A stretch of DNA of 63,725 nucleotides, counting the filler, from Octopus bimaculoides (taxonomy: Eukaryota): assembly GCF_001194135.2 (NCBI RefSeq). It is 8 parts of 7 records of this genome, joined end to end, with 100 filler letters (N's around TTAATTAATTAA, not from the genome) between each part and the next. Parts side by side here need not be neighbours in the genome. Positions count along the whole stretch, not along the records: positions 1 to 12,529 come from NC_069002.1; 7 more parts are not named here. One strand, given 5' to 3'. Positions within the stretch are counted from its first letter, which is position 1. The number at the start of each line of letters is the position of its first letter. The position numbers and the translations under genes were made by a program. This document shows, piece by piece, positions 1 through 11,845 of the stretch. A model generated the notes under the pieces. The model worked only from the letters and a program-made list of their open reading frames with translations, had not been told where the DNA came from and searched no databases.

Positions 1-126
1 ATATATATATATATATATAAATATAAAAATATATTAGAAATAACGAATTTCTAAATCTCTCTGAGAGACTTAAGCAGTAGTGATGCAATAAAGTAGTTGT
101 ATACTGCCAACTTAACGTGACAGTCC

Positions 127-354
127 CAATAGGGGAATATACTACTGCTATTTAGCCCTAGGAAGCTGGACCACTTCCTGTCGGCCTTGACACATTTCCT
201 GTCTCCTTATGTTTGCGAGGCGGAGACAAACTCCTCCACCCAGCCTAGCTTGCATTCAGGGACATGTTTCTGAGTCTTTGCTCGTCATCAGCCTGAAGTA
301 GCACGACCAGCTGGTTGAAATAGGGCTAAATAGCAGTAGTATATTCCCTTATTG
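127..354. mobile_element. Non-autonomous Penelope-like pLTR derivative bounded by 34-bp inverted repeats
   Basis: 127-160 and 321-354 are reverse complements with 1 mismatch and enclose the hammerhead motif. Confidence 0.6.
255..297 (-). ncRNA. Minimal type-I hammerhead ribozyme motif (Penelope-type)
   Basis: Minus strand reads TTCAGG-CTGATGA-CGAGCAAAGACTCA-GAAACATGTC-CCTGAA. This gives a 6-bp stem I, an intact CUGAUGA/GAAA core, GAG/CTC stem II, palindromic ACATGT stem III and a GUC cleavage triplet. Confidence 0.8.
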
Positions 355-1242
355 ATTCGTTTTTCGTTTTTCTTCTTTTTGTTTACATTGTTTTGGACTT
401 GACCTGATCAGAGAGATATCATAATGAAACGAGGGCTTAATGAGCAATGCCACTTTCTGTAACAATAAAACAGTCTGGAATAGTCCAAATTATAGTTCAT
501 TCAGTGGTTGAAGCATCATTGGATTTTTTCTTCTTGTTTGAAGATTTCTTTAACTAAAACCCTTCAACGTGATGTCCCAGCTTGAATGCAGTTTAAGGAT
601 TGAAATGAGTAAAAGATAAAAGATAGAAGCTGAGATATTGTATCAATGGTTAAACAATAGCTGTGGACTGATTGATTGATTGATTGATTGATACTCGCGA
701 CAAGAGTAACTTGGAGTACTCCACATCTACAACAAATAACACAAGAGTATCAGCATTATGTTGATAATATTCCTTTCATTTTGTGCTTTCCCTCTCTCTT
801 ACTCTCCTTACCTCTCTTGCTCCGTCCATCACTTCTCTTCCTCCTCCCTCTCTCCTACTTTCTCTTTCTCTTTCTATTCTGCACTTCTTTTTCTCTCTCT
901 CTCCCCCTCTCTTTATCAGCCTTCTCTATCCCTTTCCCTTTCCACAGTCTACCTCTCACCACCACCCCTCAGCTAACAACTCTCTCTCCCTCTCCCCTGC
1001 TTTCTCTCTCTCTCTCTCTCCCTCTTTCTCTTTCCACAGTCTACCTCTCACCACCCCTCAGCTCAGCCTCAGCTAACAACTCTCTCTCTTTCTCCCCTGA
1101 TTTCTCTCTCTCTCTCTCCATTCCTCACTTATTTCTCTCTCTCTCCCTCTTTATCAGCCTTCTCTATCCCTTTCCCTTTCCACAGTCTACCTCTCAGCTC
1201 AGCCTCAGCTAACAACTCTCTCTCTCTCTCTCTCTTCTCCAG

Positions 1243-1410
1243 CTAACAGTAAATGTAATACAGGCTGCCGACCTACCTGGGATGGATATGTCTGGGACGT
1301 CTGACCCATACGTCAAAGTCTATCTAATGCCCGACAAAAAGAAGAAATTTGAAACAAAAGTCCATCGGAAAACACTGAATCCAGTATTTAATGAATCCTT
1401 CACATTTAAG
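1243..1410 (+). CDS. Syt1: Synaptotagmin-1 internal exon, first half of C2A ([56 protein letters not shown])
   Basis: Polypyrimidine tract plus AG at 1241-1242 and GTAAGT at 1411. 168 nt, phase 0-0. Contains the C2A loop-1 aspartates ([11 protein letters not shown]). Too short for the ORF track; translated by hand. Confidence 0.97.
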
Positions 1411-2105
1411 GTAAGTCACATCCACTGACCAATTTCAGTAACTGGTAACCATAGCAACTGCAGTAACAACACTAACCATAGCAGTCATAGTAGCCATAGT
1501 AACAGCAGTTAGTATAGTAACCACTGTAACCATGGTAACTGCAGTAACCACAGTAACTACTGTAGCCATAGTAACCACAGCCTGTAACATCCTCATCATG
1601 GTCATCATTATCATCATCATTAATTTCATCATCATCATCCTTCGACATGGTTGAACAACCAATCGCAACCAGTCAGGATTCACAGCATGATCGACTTCTC
1701 CACCTTTCGATCATTCATTGCCACCACTTTGATGGCAATTCCTGAGTTGCACGCAGTCACATCTAGAAAGGTGTGTTTCCTTGAGAATGCTCTTCCTGTC
1801 AGCCTCTGCAAGAGGAGAGATGAAATGATCTCTCCCTCTCTCTGCTCGATAACAGTGACCATCCAATTCTAGATGTTTCTGGCCTAGACACAAAGATACT
1901 AGCTTCAACTTCCCATGTATTTGTTATAGGGTAACATGCTCTTTTCAGTAAATGTCTTGTGCTTTGTGACGGAGGTTGGTAACCTCATGCAACAACGGCA
2001 GGATGTTACATCAGAGTGTAACATTAGAATGTAACATCGGTAGGTAACATCAGTGTGTAACAACAGTAACAATATATAACATCAGTAAGTAACAATATTC
2101 AACAT

Positions 2106-2140
<35 letters not shown>

Positions 2141-2739
2141 NNNNNNNNNNNNNNNNNNNNNNNNNNNNNNNNNNNNNNNNNNNNNNNNNNNNNNNNNNNN
2201 NNNNNNNNNNNNNNNNNNNNNNNNNNNNNNNNNNNNNNNNNNNNNNNNNNNNNNNNNNNNNNNNNNNNNNNNNNNNNNNNNNNNNNNNNNNNNNNNNNNN
2301 NNNNNNNNNNNNNNNNNNNNNNNNNNNNNNNNNNNNNNNNNNNNNNNNNNNNNNNNNNNNNNNNNNNNNNNNNNNNNNNNNNNNNNNNNNNNNNNNNNNN
2401 NNNNNNNNNNNNNNNNNNNNNNNNNNNNNNNNNNNNNNNNNNNNNNNNNNNNNNNNNNNNNNNNNNNNNNNNNNNNNNNNNNNNNNNNNNNNNNNNNNNN
2501 NNNNNNNNNNNNNNNNNNNNNNNNNNNNNNNNNNNGGTACACGTGTCTGTGGAGTGCTCAGCCACTTGCACATTAATTTCACGAGCAGGCTGTTCCGTTG
2601 ATCGGACCAACTGGAACCCTCGACGTCGTAAGCGACGGAGTGCCAACAACCACCACAACCACCAAAACAACCACCACCACTCTTCTGTAAATAAATAATT
2701 ACAGCTTCTAATTACCGTTTTTCTATGCTTCTCTTGCAG

Positions 2740-2916
2740 AACGTACCTTATGCTGACATTACGGGTAAGACGCTAATATTTGCGATCTATGATTTTGATC
2801 GCTTTTCAAAGCATGACCAAATTGGTCAAGTCCAAGTTCCAATGAATTCTATAGATCTTGGATCAGTAATTGAAGAATGGAGGGATCTCACCAGTCCTGA
2901 TAATGATGCTGAGAAA
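2740..2916 (+). CDS. Syt1: Synaptotagmin-1 exon, second half of C2A (NVPYADITGKTLIFAIYDFDRFSKHDQIGQVQVPMNSIDLGSVIEEWRDLTSPDNDAEK)
   Basis: TTGCAG acceptor and GTAAGT donor at 2917. 177 nt, phase 0-0. Carries the YDFDRFSKHD calcium-binding loop 3. Confidence 0.97.
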
Positions 2917-3496
2917 GTAAGTTTTGGTTTTTCTTTTACCGCCACACATTATATTTTTATTTATCATTTGTATATTTAATTAGTGAATTAACAAATTATC
3001 TGTATTAATAAGTCGTGTTAATAAAGTAAGTTCATTGTGTGTGTTTGAGGAAGTGTGTGTGTATATTTGTGAGTGTACATGTTTATATGTAAAGGTGTGT
3101 GTGTTTATGAGTGTGTGCATGTGTGTATGCAATGTTCATATATTCAGTGTATGTGTGTAGTAAGTGTATATGTTCATGAGCATAGTGTATGTGTGTGTGT
3201 GTTGGTGGGTGAGTGTGTATGTGTGTGTGTTTGTGTGTGTGTTTGTATGTGTGTGCGTTTGTGTATGTGTGTGCTCAATTGTGTTTTATCCTTTAGTCAT
3301 GAGGGAAAGCTGTGCCCAAGACTCTTCACTTGCTCTCCCTTCTTTGCGGCATTTGACAGACGTTTGGCCAAACAGTGAGTATAAAGTAAAAAAAAAATAT
3401 AACCAAAAACAAAAACAAAAAAAAAATGACCAAATTTATTTTAAGCTTTCAGTTGTGTTCAATGGTTGACCTGTGGTCAAACTTTGTATTTTATAG

Positions 3497-3649
<153 letters not shown>

Positions 3650-3788
3650 ATNNNNNNNNNNNNNNNNNNNNNNNNNNNNNNNNNNNNNNNNNNNNNNNNN
3701 NNNNNNNNNNNNNNNNNNNNNNNNNNNNNNNNNNNNNNNNNNNNNNNNNNNNNNNNNNNNNNAGCTTTACAGATTAAAATATATATAA

Positions 3789-3988
3789 AATATATAGTTT
3801 TAGGGAAAAGAACCAAGTTTCATGAACTCATCGATGAAAATCCACTGTCACATATAGAAAAATTGATAATTAAAAGCACAATAAATGAGTATAATATAAT
3901 ACAAAGTAAATATCATAAGATAAAGAGAATAATATTATTATTCATCGATGAGTTCATGAAACTTGGTTCTTTTCCCTAAAACTATATA

Positions 3989-3990
<2 letters not shown>
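3789..3990. repeat. Perfect 50-bp inverted repeat (3789-3838 / 3941-3990) in a dispersed element
   Basis: The arms are exact reverse complements. A one-armed copy of the same element lies in the opposite orientation at about 49662-49836. Confidence 0.85.
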
Positions 3991-4065
<75 letters not shown>

Positions 4066-4467
4066 TGAATGCAGTGTTCATTGACATAGATCCAGTGACA
4101 ATTATATTGTAATCATGGATGACATTAGGTAGCCTAAACAGTGAAAGACATTTACCCAAGGTCCAAATAACTACTTACATATATCGTTTAAAATAATATT
4201 ACATGAGAATGGAGGATATGAGGCTTTGATAGTAGTTCACCACATTCGTTTCTGCACCATACACCAGCTGAGTTTATATTCTATTGCCATTATACAAGAT
4301 CATTCTTTATAATTATTATATAATTAAATATTTTTCAGCACCAGCAGCTGTGTATGGGTGCTTCACTGGGTAAAATATACCCTATTGTAGGATAACATGT
4401 GATAACCAAATAACAATTATAAGAACTTTTAAATGCATGTTATAAGGTTTTTACCCAAATTATACTA

Positions 4468-4549
<82 letters not shown>

Positions 4550-5566
4550 TATAAATTGAATATTAATTTGATTAAATATATATATAAATATATATATACA
4601 NNNNNNNNNNNNNNNNNNNNNNNNNNNNNNNNNNNNNNNNNNNNNNNNNNNNNNNNNNNNNNNNNNNNNNNNNNNNNNNNNNNNNNNNNNNNNNNNNNNN
4701 NNNNNNNNNNNNNNNNNNNNNNNNNNNNNNNNNNNNNNNNNNNNNNNNNNNNNNNNNNNNNNNNNNNNNNNNNNNNNNNNNNNNNNNNNNNNNNNNNNNN
4801 NNNNNNNNNNNNNNNNNNNNNNNNNNNNNNNNNNNNNNNNNNNNNNNNNNNNNNNNNNNNNNNNNNNNNNNNNNNNNNNNNNNNNNNNNNNNNNNNNNNN
4901 NNNNNNNNNNNNNNNNNNNNNNNNNNNNNNNNNNNNNNNNNNNNNNNNNNNNNNNNNNNNNNNNNNNNNNNNNNNNNNNNNNNNNNNNNNNNNNNNNNNN
5001 NNNNNNNNNNNNNNNNNNNNNNNNNNNNNNNNNNNNNNNNNNNNNNNNNNNNNNNNNNNNNNNNNNNNNNNNNNNNNNNNNNNNNNNNNNNNNNNNNNNN
5101 NNNNNNNNNNNNNNNNNNNNNNNNNNNNNNNNNNNNNNNNNNNNNNNNNNNNNNNNNNNNNNNNNNNNNNNNNNNNNNNNNNNNNNNNNNNNNNNNNNNN
5201 NNNNNNNNNNNNNNNNNNNNNNNNNNNNNNNNNNNNNNNNNNNNNNNNNNNNNNNNNNNNNNNNNNNNNNNNNNNNNNNNNNNNNNNNNNNNNNNNNNNN
5301 NNNNNNNNNNNNNNNNNNNNNTTCACCACATTCGTTTCTGCACCATACACCAGCTGAGTTTATATTCTATTGCCATTATACAAGATCATTCTTTATAATT
5401 ATTATATAATTAAATATTTTTCAGCACCAGCAGCTGTGTATGGGTGCTTCACTGGGTAAAATATACCCTATTGTAGGATAACATGTGATAACCAAATAAC
5501 AATTATAAGAACTTTTAAATGCATGTTATAAGGTTTTTACCCAAATTATACTATATATATACATAT

Positions 5567-5733
5567 ATACGACAGGCTTCTTTCAGTTTCCGTCTACCAA
5601 ATCCACTCACAAGGCTTTGGTCGGCCCGAGGCTATAGTAGAAGACACTTGCCCAAGATGCCACGCAGTGGGACTGAACCTGGGACCATGTGGTTGGTAAG
5701 CAAGCTACTTACCACACAGCCACTCCTACGCCT
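5567..5733 (-). mobile_element. SINE family A, 5' part (GGAGTGGCTGTGTGGTAAG head)
   Basis: Reverse complement of the head seen at 6218, 7152, 17231 and 23023. Confidence 0.85.
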
Positions 5734-6217
5734 ATATATATATATGATAAAAAAATATATAATATATATATAATAAAAAAGGAGAAAAGTCCATTATACT
5801 GCAATATTTCCCAGAAGAAACTTTTAATTGTCTTGGAGAAGAGAAGTGAACATCATTGAATTTCATCGATCTTGCCTCATAATTATGAAATGGACCAATG
5901 TGTAAGGAATCAATACGATGCAGCACATGCTGTACAAATGGTAAAGCGCCACACATAGTTTTATGATGACTAGTTTGATTGTCTTTTATTGCAGTGTTCA
6001 AATCTTGCCTGTCACCCACCCCATCACTTGGTTAATAAATTATGTTAAAATATCTACCAATATGACGCTGGAATTTATTCAAATCTGCTAGAAGAATACT
6101 GTTGTTTAACCCTAGGTAAGGTTTGAATAAGTAGAAATATAATCAAAAGCATTCCAGCCTTGACTCTCTCAGCTTTTTCCAGCATGTAAGGGAGCATAGG
6201 ACCACATTATCTTACAT

Positions 6218-6626
6218 AGGCACAGGAGTGGCTGTGTGGTAAGAAGCTTGCTTCCCAACCACATGGTTCTGAGTTCAGTCCACTGCATGGCACCTTGGGT
6301 AAGTGTCTTCTTTTAGAGTCCCAAGCCAACCAAAGCCTTGTTAGTGAATTTGGTAGACGGAAACTGAAAGGAGCCTGTCATACGTATACATGTATATCTA
6401 TGTGTGTGTGTCATTGTGTTTGTCTCTCACCAGTACTTGACAACCAGTGCTGATGTGTTTACATCCCCGTAACTTAGCAGCTCAGCAAAAGAGCCCGATA
6501 CAATAAGTACCAGGTTTAAAAAAGAAAAAAAGTACTGGGATCAATACATTCAACTTGAAAATTCTTCAAGGTGGTGCCCCAGCATGGCTGCAGTCCAATG
6601 ACTGAAACAAGTAAAAGATAAAAGAT
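6218..6626 (+). mobile_element. SINE family A, full-length-like copy
   Basis: A-box/B-box-like head, internal (TA/TG)n and a GACTGAAACAAGTAAAAGA tail. Similar copies at 7152-7553, 17231-17640, 23023-23412, 25988-26280, 26517-26883 and 29805-30015 (minus). Confidence 0.85.
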
Positions 6627-8568
6627 AATATTTTTTAAAAGTGGCGGAGTGTAATCTGAGTGAAGTTTGGCTTTTATTTCTTGCAAGGCACAGAACCACA
6701 TTGAAACTTTCTCACTGGTTTCAAAAGAATGTTGCATTGTGCCAAAGTAATAAGGAATCAATAGCCAGTTGCACAATAACCATTTTCTCTGATTCTGTTC
6801 GGTTGGACCAACAGAACAATGTTATTTGACAACAGTTCCTGTCTTTTATTGATTACAGTTCTAATTTTAGAAGCTCTGTCTGTAACCATATTCTTGCAAA
6901 TATAGATTTAACATATTTTTCGTTTATTTTTATTTTCCTTGTTTCAATCATTGGCCTGTGACCATTCTGGGGCCCCCACCTTGAAGGGTTTAGTCGAAAA
7001 AATTGACCTCGGTATTTCTTTCTTTCTTCTAAGTCTATCAATCTCTTTTGGTGAACTGTTAAGTTACTTGGATGTAAACAAACCAAAACCAGTTGTCTAT
7101 TCATGGTGGTGGACAAACAATAGCACAAAGACACATGCACACATACACATATAGGTGCAGGCATGGCTGTAGGTAAGGAGCTTGCTTCCCAACCATATGG
7201 TTCCAGGTTCAGTCTTACTGCGTGGTACCTTGGGCAAGTGTCTTCTCTATAGCCTCGAAGTGATCAAAGCCTTATGAGTGGATTTGATAGACGTTGAGTG
7301 TGTGTATATATATGTGTGTGTGTGTATGTATATATTTATGTAGGTGTGTCTTTGTGTTTGTCCCCATCACCACTTGATAATTGGTGTTGGTTTGTTTATG
7401 CCCTCTGCAACATAGCGGTTCAGCAAAAGAAATCAATAGAATAAATACAAGACTTGAAAATAAGTTCTGGGGTCAATATGTTTCACCAGAACCCTTCAAG
7501 GGAGTTCTCCCTGATATGGCTGCAGTCCAGTGAGTGAAACAAGTAAAAGATAAGTCATTTTTTTTATATAAGACATTATTGTATCATTTATGGGAGATTT
7601 AGCTGCTGTTTCTATGAAAGCACATGGCTTAGTGGTTAGAATATTTGGCTCACAATCATTAGGTCATGAGTTCAATTCCAGGTGTCACATTGCGTGCTTA
7701 AGCAAGACTTTATTTTACATTGCTTCAGTTCACTCAGCTGGCAAAAATGAGTGGTACCTGTAATTCAAAAGGCCCGTCCTGTCGCATTCTGTGTCATGCT
7801 GAATCTCCTTGGGAACTACATTAAAGGTATATGTATCTGTGGAGCGCTCAGCCACTGGGACGTAAATCTCATGAGCAGGCTGTTCTGTTGATCAGATCAA
7901 CTGAAACACTTATCGTTACAACCAACGAAGTGCCAGTTAAGTTAACACATAAAGCACAACGGGCCCCGATCGTGGCCGTCAGGCACAGGTCGACAGGCCA
8001 CGATCATGGCCCAGATAGATGCATTTAATTTATGGATGTTTGTTGGGGTCTAATGTCACTCAAACGCTCTGATACCCCACAGAATGCAAGAGGACTAATA
8101 GCTCAACTAATGAGTTTTCAGATGATGTAAAACTTGCCACTATTATATACTAAGAAGATATTTTAACTATTTTTTGTTTTTTGTGTGCATGGTAGTTTCA
8201 TCTTCATAAAATGTGCTCAGCAGTCCATGCTATGTAAATGCAAGTCCCAGCGCTTCATGGGTTAAGTTAAGCTGTTATTTCTATCAAGTTGAGCAACCAT
8301 ATAAACACTCCCTCAATTCAGAATCTAATTAGACTTCCCTGTTTAATTTACTCTCCTTGTTTCTGGAAATTTCTCAAAACAACCAGAAGTACGTACTTGA
8401 CATGTCTATTTTACTTCATCTCATACAACTGATGGGGTTTTTTTTACCTTAAAAAAAAAAATGGATGAAAGATAATCCATTGGTGCCACTCACTCTTTGT
8501 ATTGACACAGAGTCAGTGACTGATCCCCTAATTTGCATTTTTCACCTGAGTATCTTTTCCTTTACCAG

Positions 8569-8702
8569 ATCCCTACGTCAAAATAACTTTATATCAGGGA
8601 AATAAACGACTGAAAAAGAAGAAGACAACCATTAAGAAACATACTTTGAATCCTTACTTCAATGAATCTTTCACATTTGAAGTTTCTTTTGAACAAATCC
8701 AG
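8569..8702 (+). CDS. Syt1: Synaptotagmin-1 C2B alternative exon 1 ((D)[44 protein letters not shown])
   Basis: TTTACCAG acceptor and CAG|GTATTT donor. 134 nt, phase 1-0, joins the 3614 exon in frame. Polybasic KKKK strand present. Confidence 0.93.
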
Positions 8703-9871
8703 GTATTTTTGTTGGGAGATTCTTCAGCTGCATCTTTTCAAGATGTCTCGCTGATTTTGGTGCTCTTACCTTGTTTCCAACGGCTTGCCATATTTGCTAC
8801 GTCCTTCAGCTACAAGCTCAGACCACATTCACGTTCTTCACGATTATTCTAATCCATTTTCTTCAGCATTATTTCTTCATCGACAAATGTAGAAATCTGA
8901 ACATGAAGAATTTCCTTTTTTTGAAACAGACTCATTAACGTGTCAAGTGATGACAAATGTTACAATGACGATGATAAAAATGATGATGGTATGGCAACGA
9001 TGACAGTGACAGCAATAACAAGAACATTCATTTTGTAAACGCTCCAAATAATGGTAATGGACAGAGAGGAATTTTGTGTTCAGATTTCTGTGTTTATATG
9101 ATATACATACATACATATATATATATACATATATATATGTGTGTGTTTGGGCTAATATTAATACAAGTATGGACTTAACGGAGGTGGCTATGGAAAGGTG
9201 AAAACGTAAGTGGTTAAAATGTATAAAAAAAACAAAATAACATCCACAAAAGCTAATACCTCCCCACCGCCCAACATACACACACATGGATGTTTCTCAA
9301 GCATTAATCCTTTAGCATTTGAACCAGCCATATCCTGCCTAAATATTCTACCTGTTTTATGTTCAAACTGGCCAGATCCAGATTCTCACACCTACCTTAC
9401 AATATTATTCTAAAAATAAACAACCATGTCAATGAAATCTCAAATCTACAAGAAAGGGCATGACTAATTCAAAAGAATATGAATAAAAGAACATTACATT
9501 TGACAAAGAAATCTGAATACTAAAGGGTTAAACATTAATTCGAAGTTATTTCTTCAAATATAACCAAATTGAAAAGAACCAAGCCACCTCTGATCTCTGT
9601 TGACATATTTGTATTAGTATAAAATTTTCTTCCAGGTTTTGGGAATTCTTCAACTAATGGCTTTTTGTTTATCTTAAACTGCTCTTTTTATTTTTCATTC
9701 CTACCAAACTTCCTCCTAAGCTGATCTTACGACCCAGCAACAAGGCCACCACTTCACGCATGCGGTGTCTTTGTTTTGTTTTTTTTTGTTTTTTTTAATC
9801 TCCGTTTTTCACCTTCTGTCTTCATGTTTCCTTCAAGCCGCTCTTCTTTGTGCTTCTCTTTTTCAATCCAG

Positions 9872-10005
9872 ATCCTTATGTTAAGATATCTCTGATGCTA
9901 AACGGTAAAAGAATTAAGAAGAAGAAAACCACTATCAAGAAATGTACACTGAATCCATACTACAATGAATCATTTGCGTTCGAAGTCCCCTTTGAACAAA
10001 TACAG
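9872..10005 (+). CDS. Syt1: Synaptotagmin-1 C2B alternative exon 2 ((D)[44 protein letters not shown])
   Basis: Long pyrimidine tract plus CCAG acceptor and CAG|GTATAA donor. 134 nt, phase 1-0, same length and phase as 8569-8702; 34/44 residues identical. Confidence 0.95.
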
Positions 10006-11284
10006 GTATAAACCCTTGTTCCCCCACCCCTCCCAATCACCACCAATGTCTACATTACGTCTCCTTCCTCCCTTCCCTCCAACTGTTTACCTTGATTATC
10101 ATGTGATTGTAGTAGTAGTAGTAGTAGTAGCAGCAGCAGTGCCACATCTGAAAATGTTGCATAACTCTTGGAATGTTGATGTGTTCTTTGATTATTTTTT
10201 TGTGTTACTTTTCTGCCTTCATAGAATTTCTTAGATGCATTCCACACCATCAATATGGAAATGGTGCACACTTCAAGATGCATGGAAAAACATTATACGT
10301 AGTAGATTTCTTTCTTTTTTGTTTGTTTTGTTTTGTACCATTCTGTTTTTATAGTTTACAGTCTCAAAGACAAATTTAGAGTATTGAAACATTTCTGAAA
10401 ATTCTTTCAGGAATTAATATATTCTAAATTTATAAGTTTGTTTTAAAAGTCCATTCTACATTTTTTTAATCGTGTTTTTGTAGTGTTGTCTGCTTAAAAT
10501 GTTGTCCTAATATTTCTGTCCCCATGTGTATAACTTAGTTCTAACAATTCTGTTCACTCTGTGTGGAGTATCCCAAACTGTCCTGTGTGTTTCACCCAAA
10601 CCTTTCCCACTGTCTTACCTTTTTATCTTTTTTTGATATGCCTTACCTGTCCTTTTTAGAGTTCATATATGGTTCTATACAGCTCATATATATTAGGGGT
10701 TTACCTCACGATCATATGGTCATGGGTTTTTATTCCAGGTCTAGGCAGAGCATAGTGTTCTTGAGCAAGGCACTTCTTTCCATGCTGAAATTGAGTACCA
10801 CCGGAGTACTCATACAGCTCTGTCTCTCTCTTTCTTCCTCCCTGTAGCTGTCATATCTTTTATATTCCACTGGTTCAATGGTGAATGGGCCAAGGAGGTA
10901 CCCATATCTACACACAACTACACAGGCACCTAAAACAATTAGTGAAAGCATGGTACACGCTACCAATATATATTTGCTTTCCAAGTGTCAGCTACACACA
11001 TATTTTTATACTGTCCTATAACTAAACTCATATATCATTCCATACATTTGGATCCCTATATTGTCTTAGGTTTAGAACCATGTATAGTTCTGTGTTTGTT
11101 TCTGTAAATTTTCCTATGTCTAAGTCCATGTTGCAGTAATACATCACTTTACAAGGACCCGTTTTATGAGACCCTGGGTTTATGAGCTTTTACATGTCTT
11201 ATTTTCTGTTAATGAGCTTTTGCTTTACGAGCGTTCTCCAAGAAAAAATTAACTTGAATATCGAAGCATCACTCTGTGTGTGTG

Positions 11285-11355
<71 letters not shown>

Positions 11356-11381
11356 GTGTGTGTGTTTGTATACACACACAC

Positions 11382-11419
<38 letters not shown>

Positions 11420-11845
11420 CCTGTACTCAGTCTGACATGCTGTTCTGTCTTTAACCCCTTCTATTGTCCTCTATTTGACTAAATATGTTGTCCTATGTCT
11501 GAGTCCACATATTGTCCTATTTCTTCATCCCTATATTTATTGCCCTGTGTTTGGCTGAATATATTATCCTATTTTTGACTTCACATATTATCCTATCTCT
11601 GAGTCCATATATACATACAACTTACTCCACAAGATTTTACTTCTGATGGTATCTGCATGCATATATATATAAAGTATCATATCAAGAAAATGGAGAGTGT
11701 GACATAGAAAATCAATTTATCTTCATAATAGTAGTCAATCTCATGTCACCTATGCATGTTTCCATTGCTATAACAACAACTGGAACTTCATAAGTGTTAA
11801 GCACCGATGTCAAAGAAGAACCACCAATAAACACCAATTAACAAA

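Noticed and set aside
1438-1640. 9-bp ...GTAAC repeat and TCAT cluster as a Nova-type splicing regulator
   Set aside because: It cannot be told apart from the abundant simple repeats of this genome without conservation data.
4236-5569. 248-bp direct duplication (4236-4483 / 5322-5569)
   Set aside because: Identical copies on either side of an N gap are most simply an unmerged overlap or haplotype artifact.
8729-10283. Docking/selector pairing TGCATCTT (8729-8736) with AAGATGCA (10276-10283) for the exclusive exons
   Set aside because: Only 8 bp of complementarity, which is expected by chance at this distance.
10848-10897. 50-nt cryptic exon after a strong pyrimidine tract as the next Syt1 exon
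   Set aside because: The translation does not resemble the C2B end, the donor (GTACCC) is weak and the length shifts frame.
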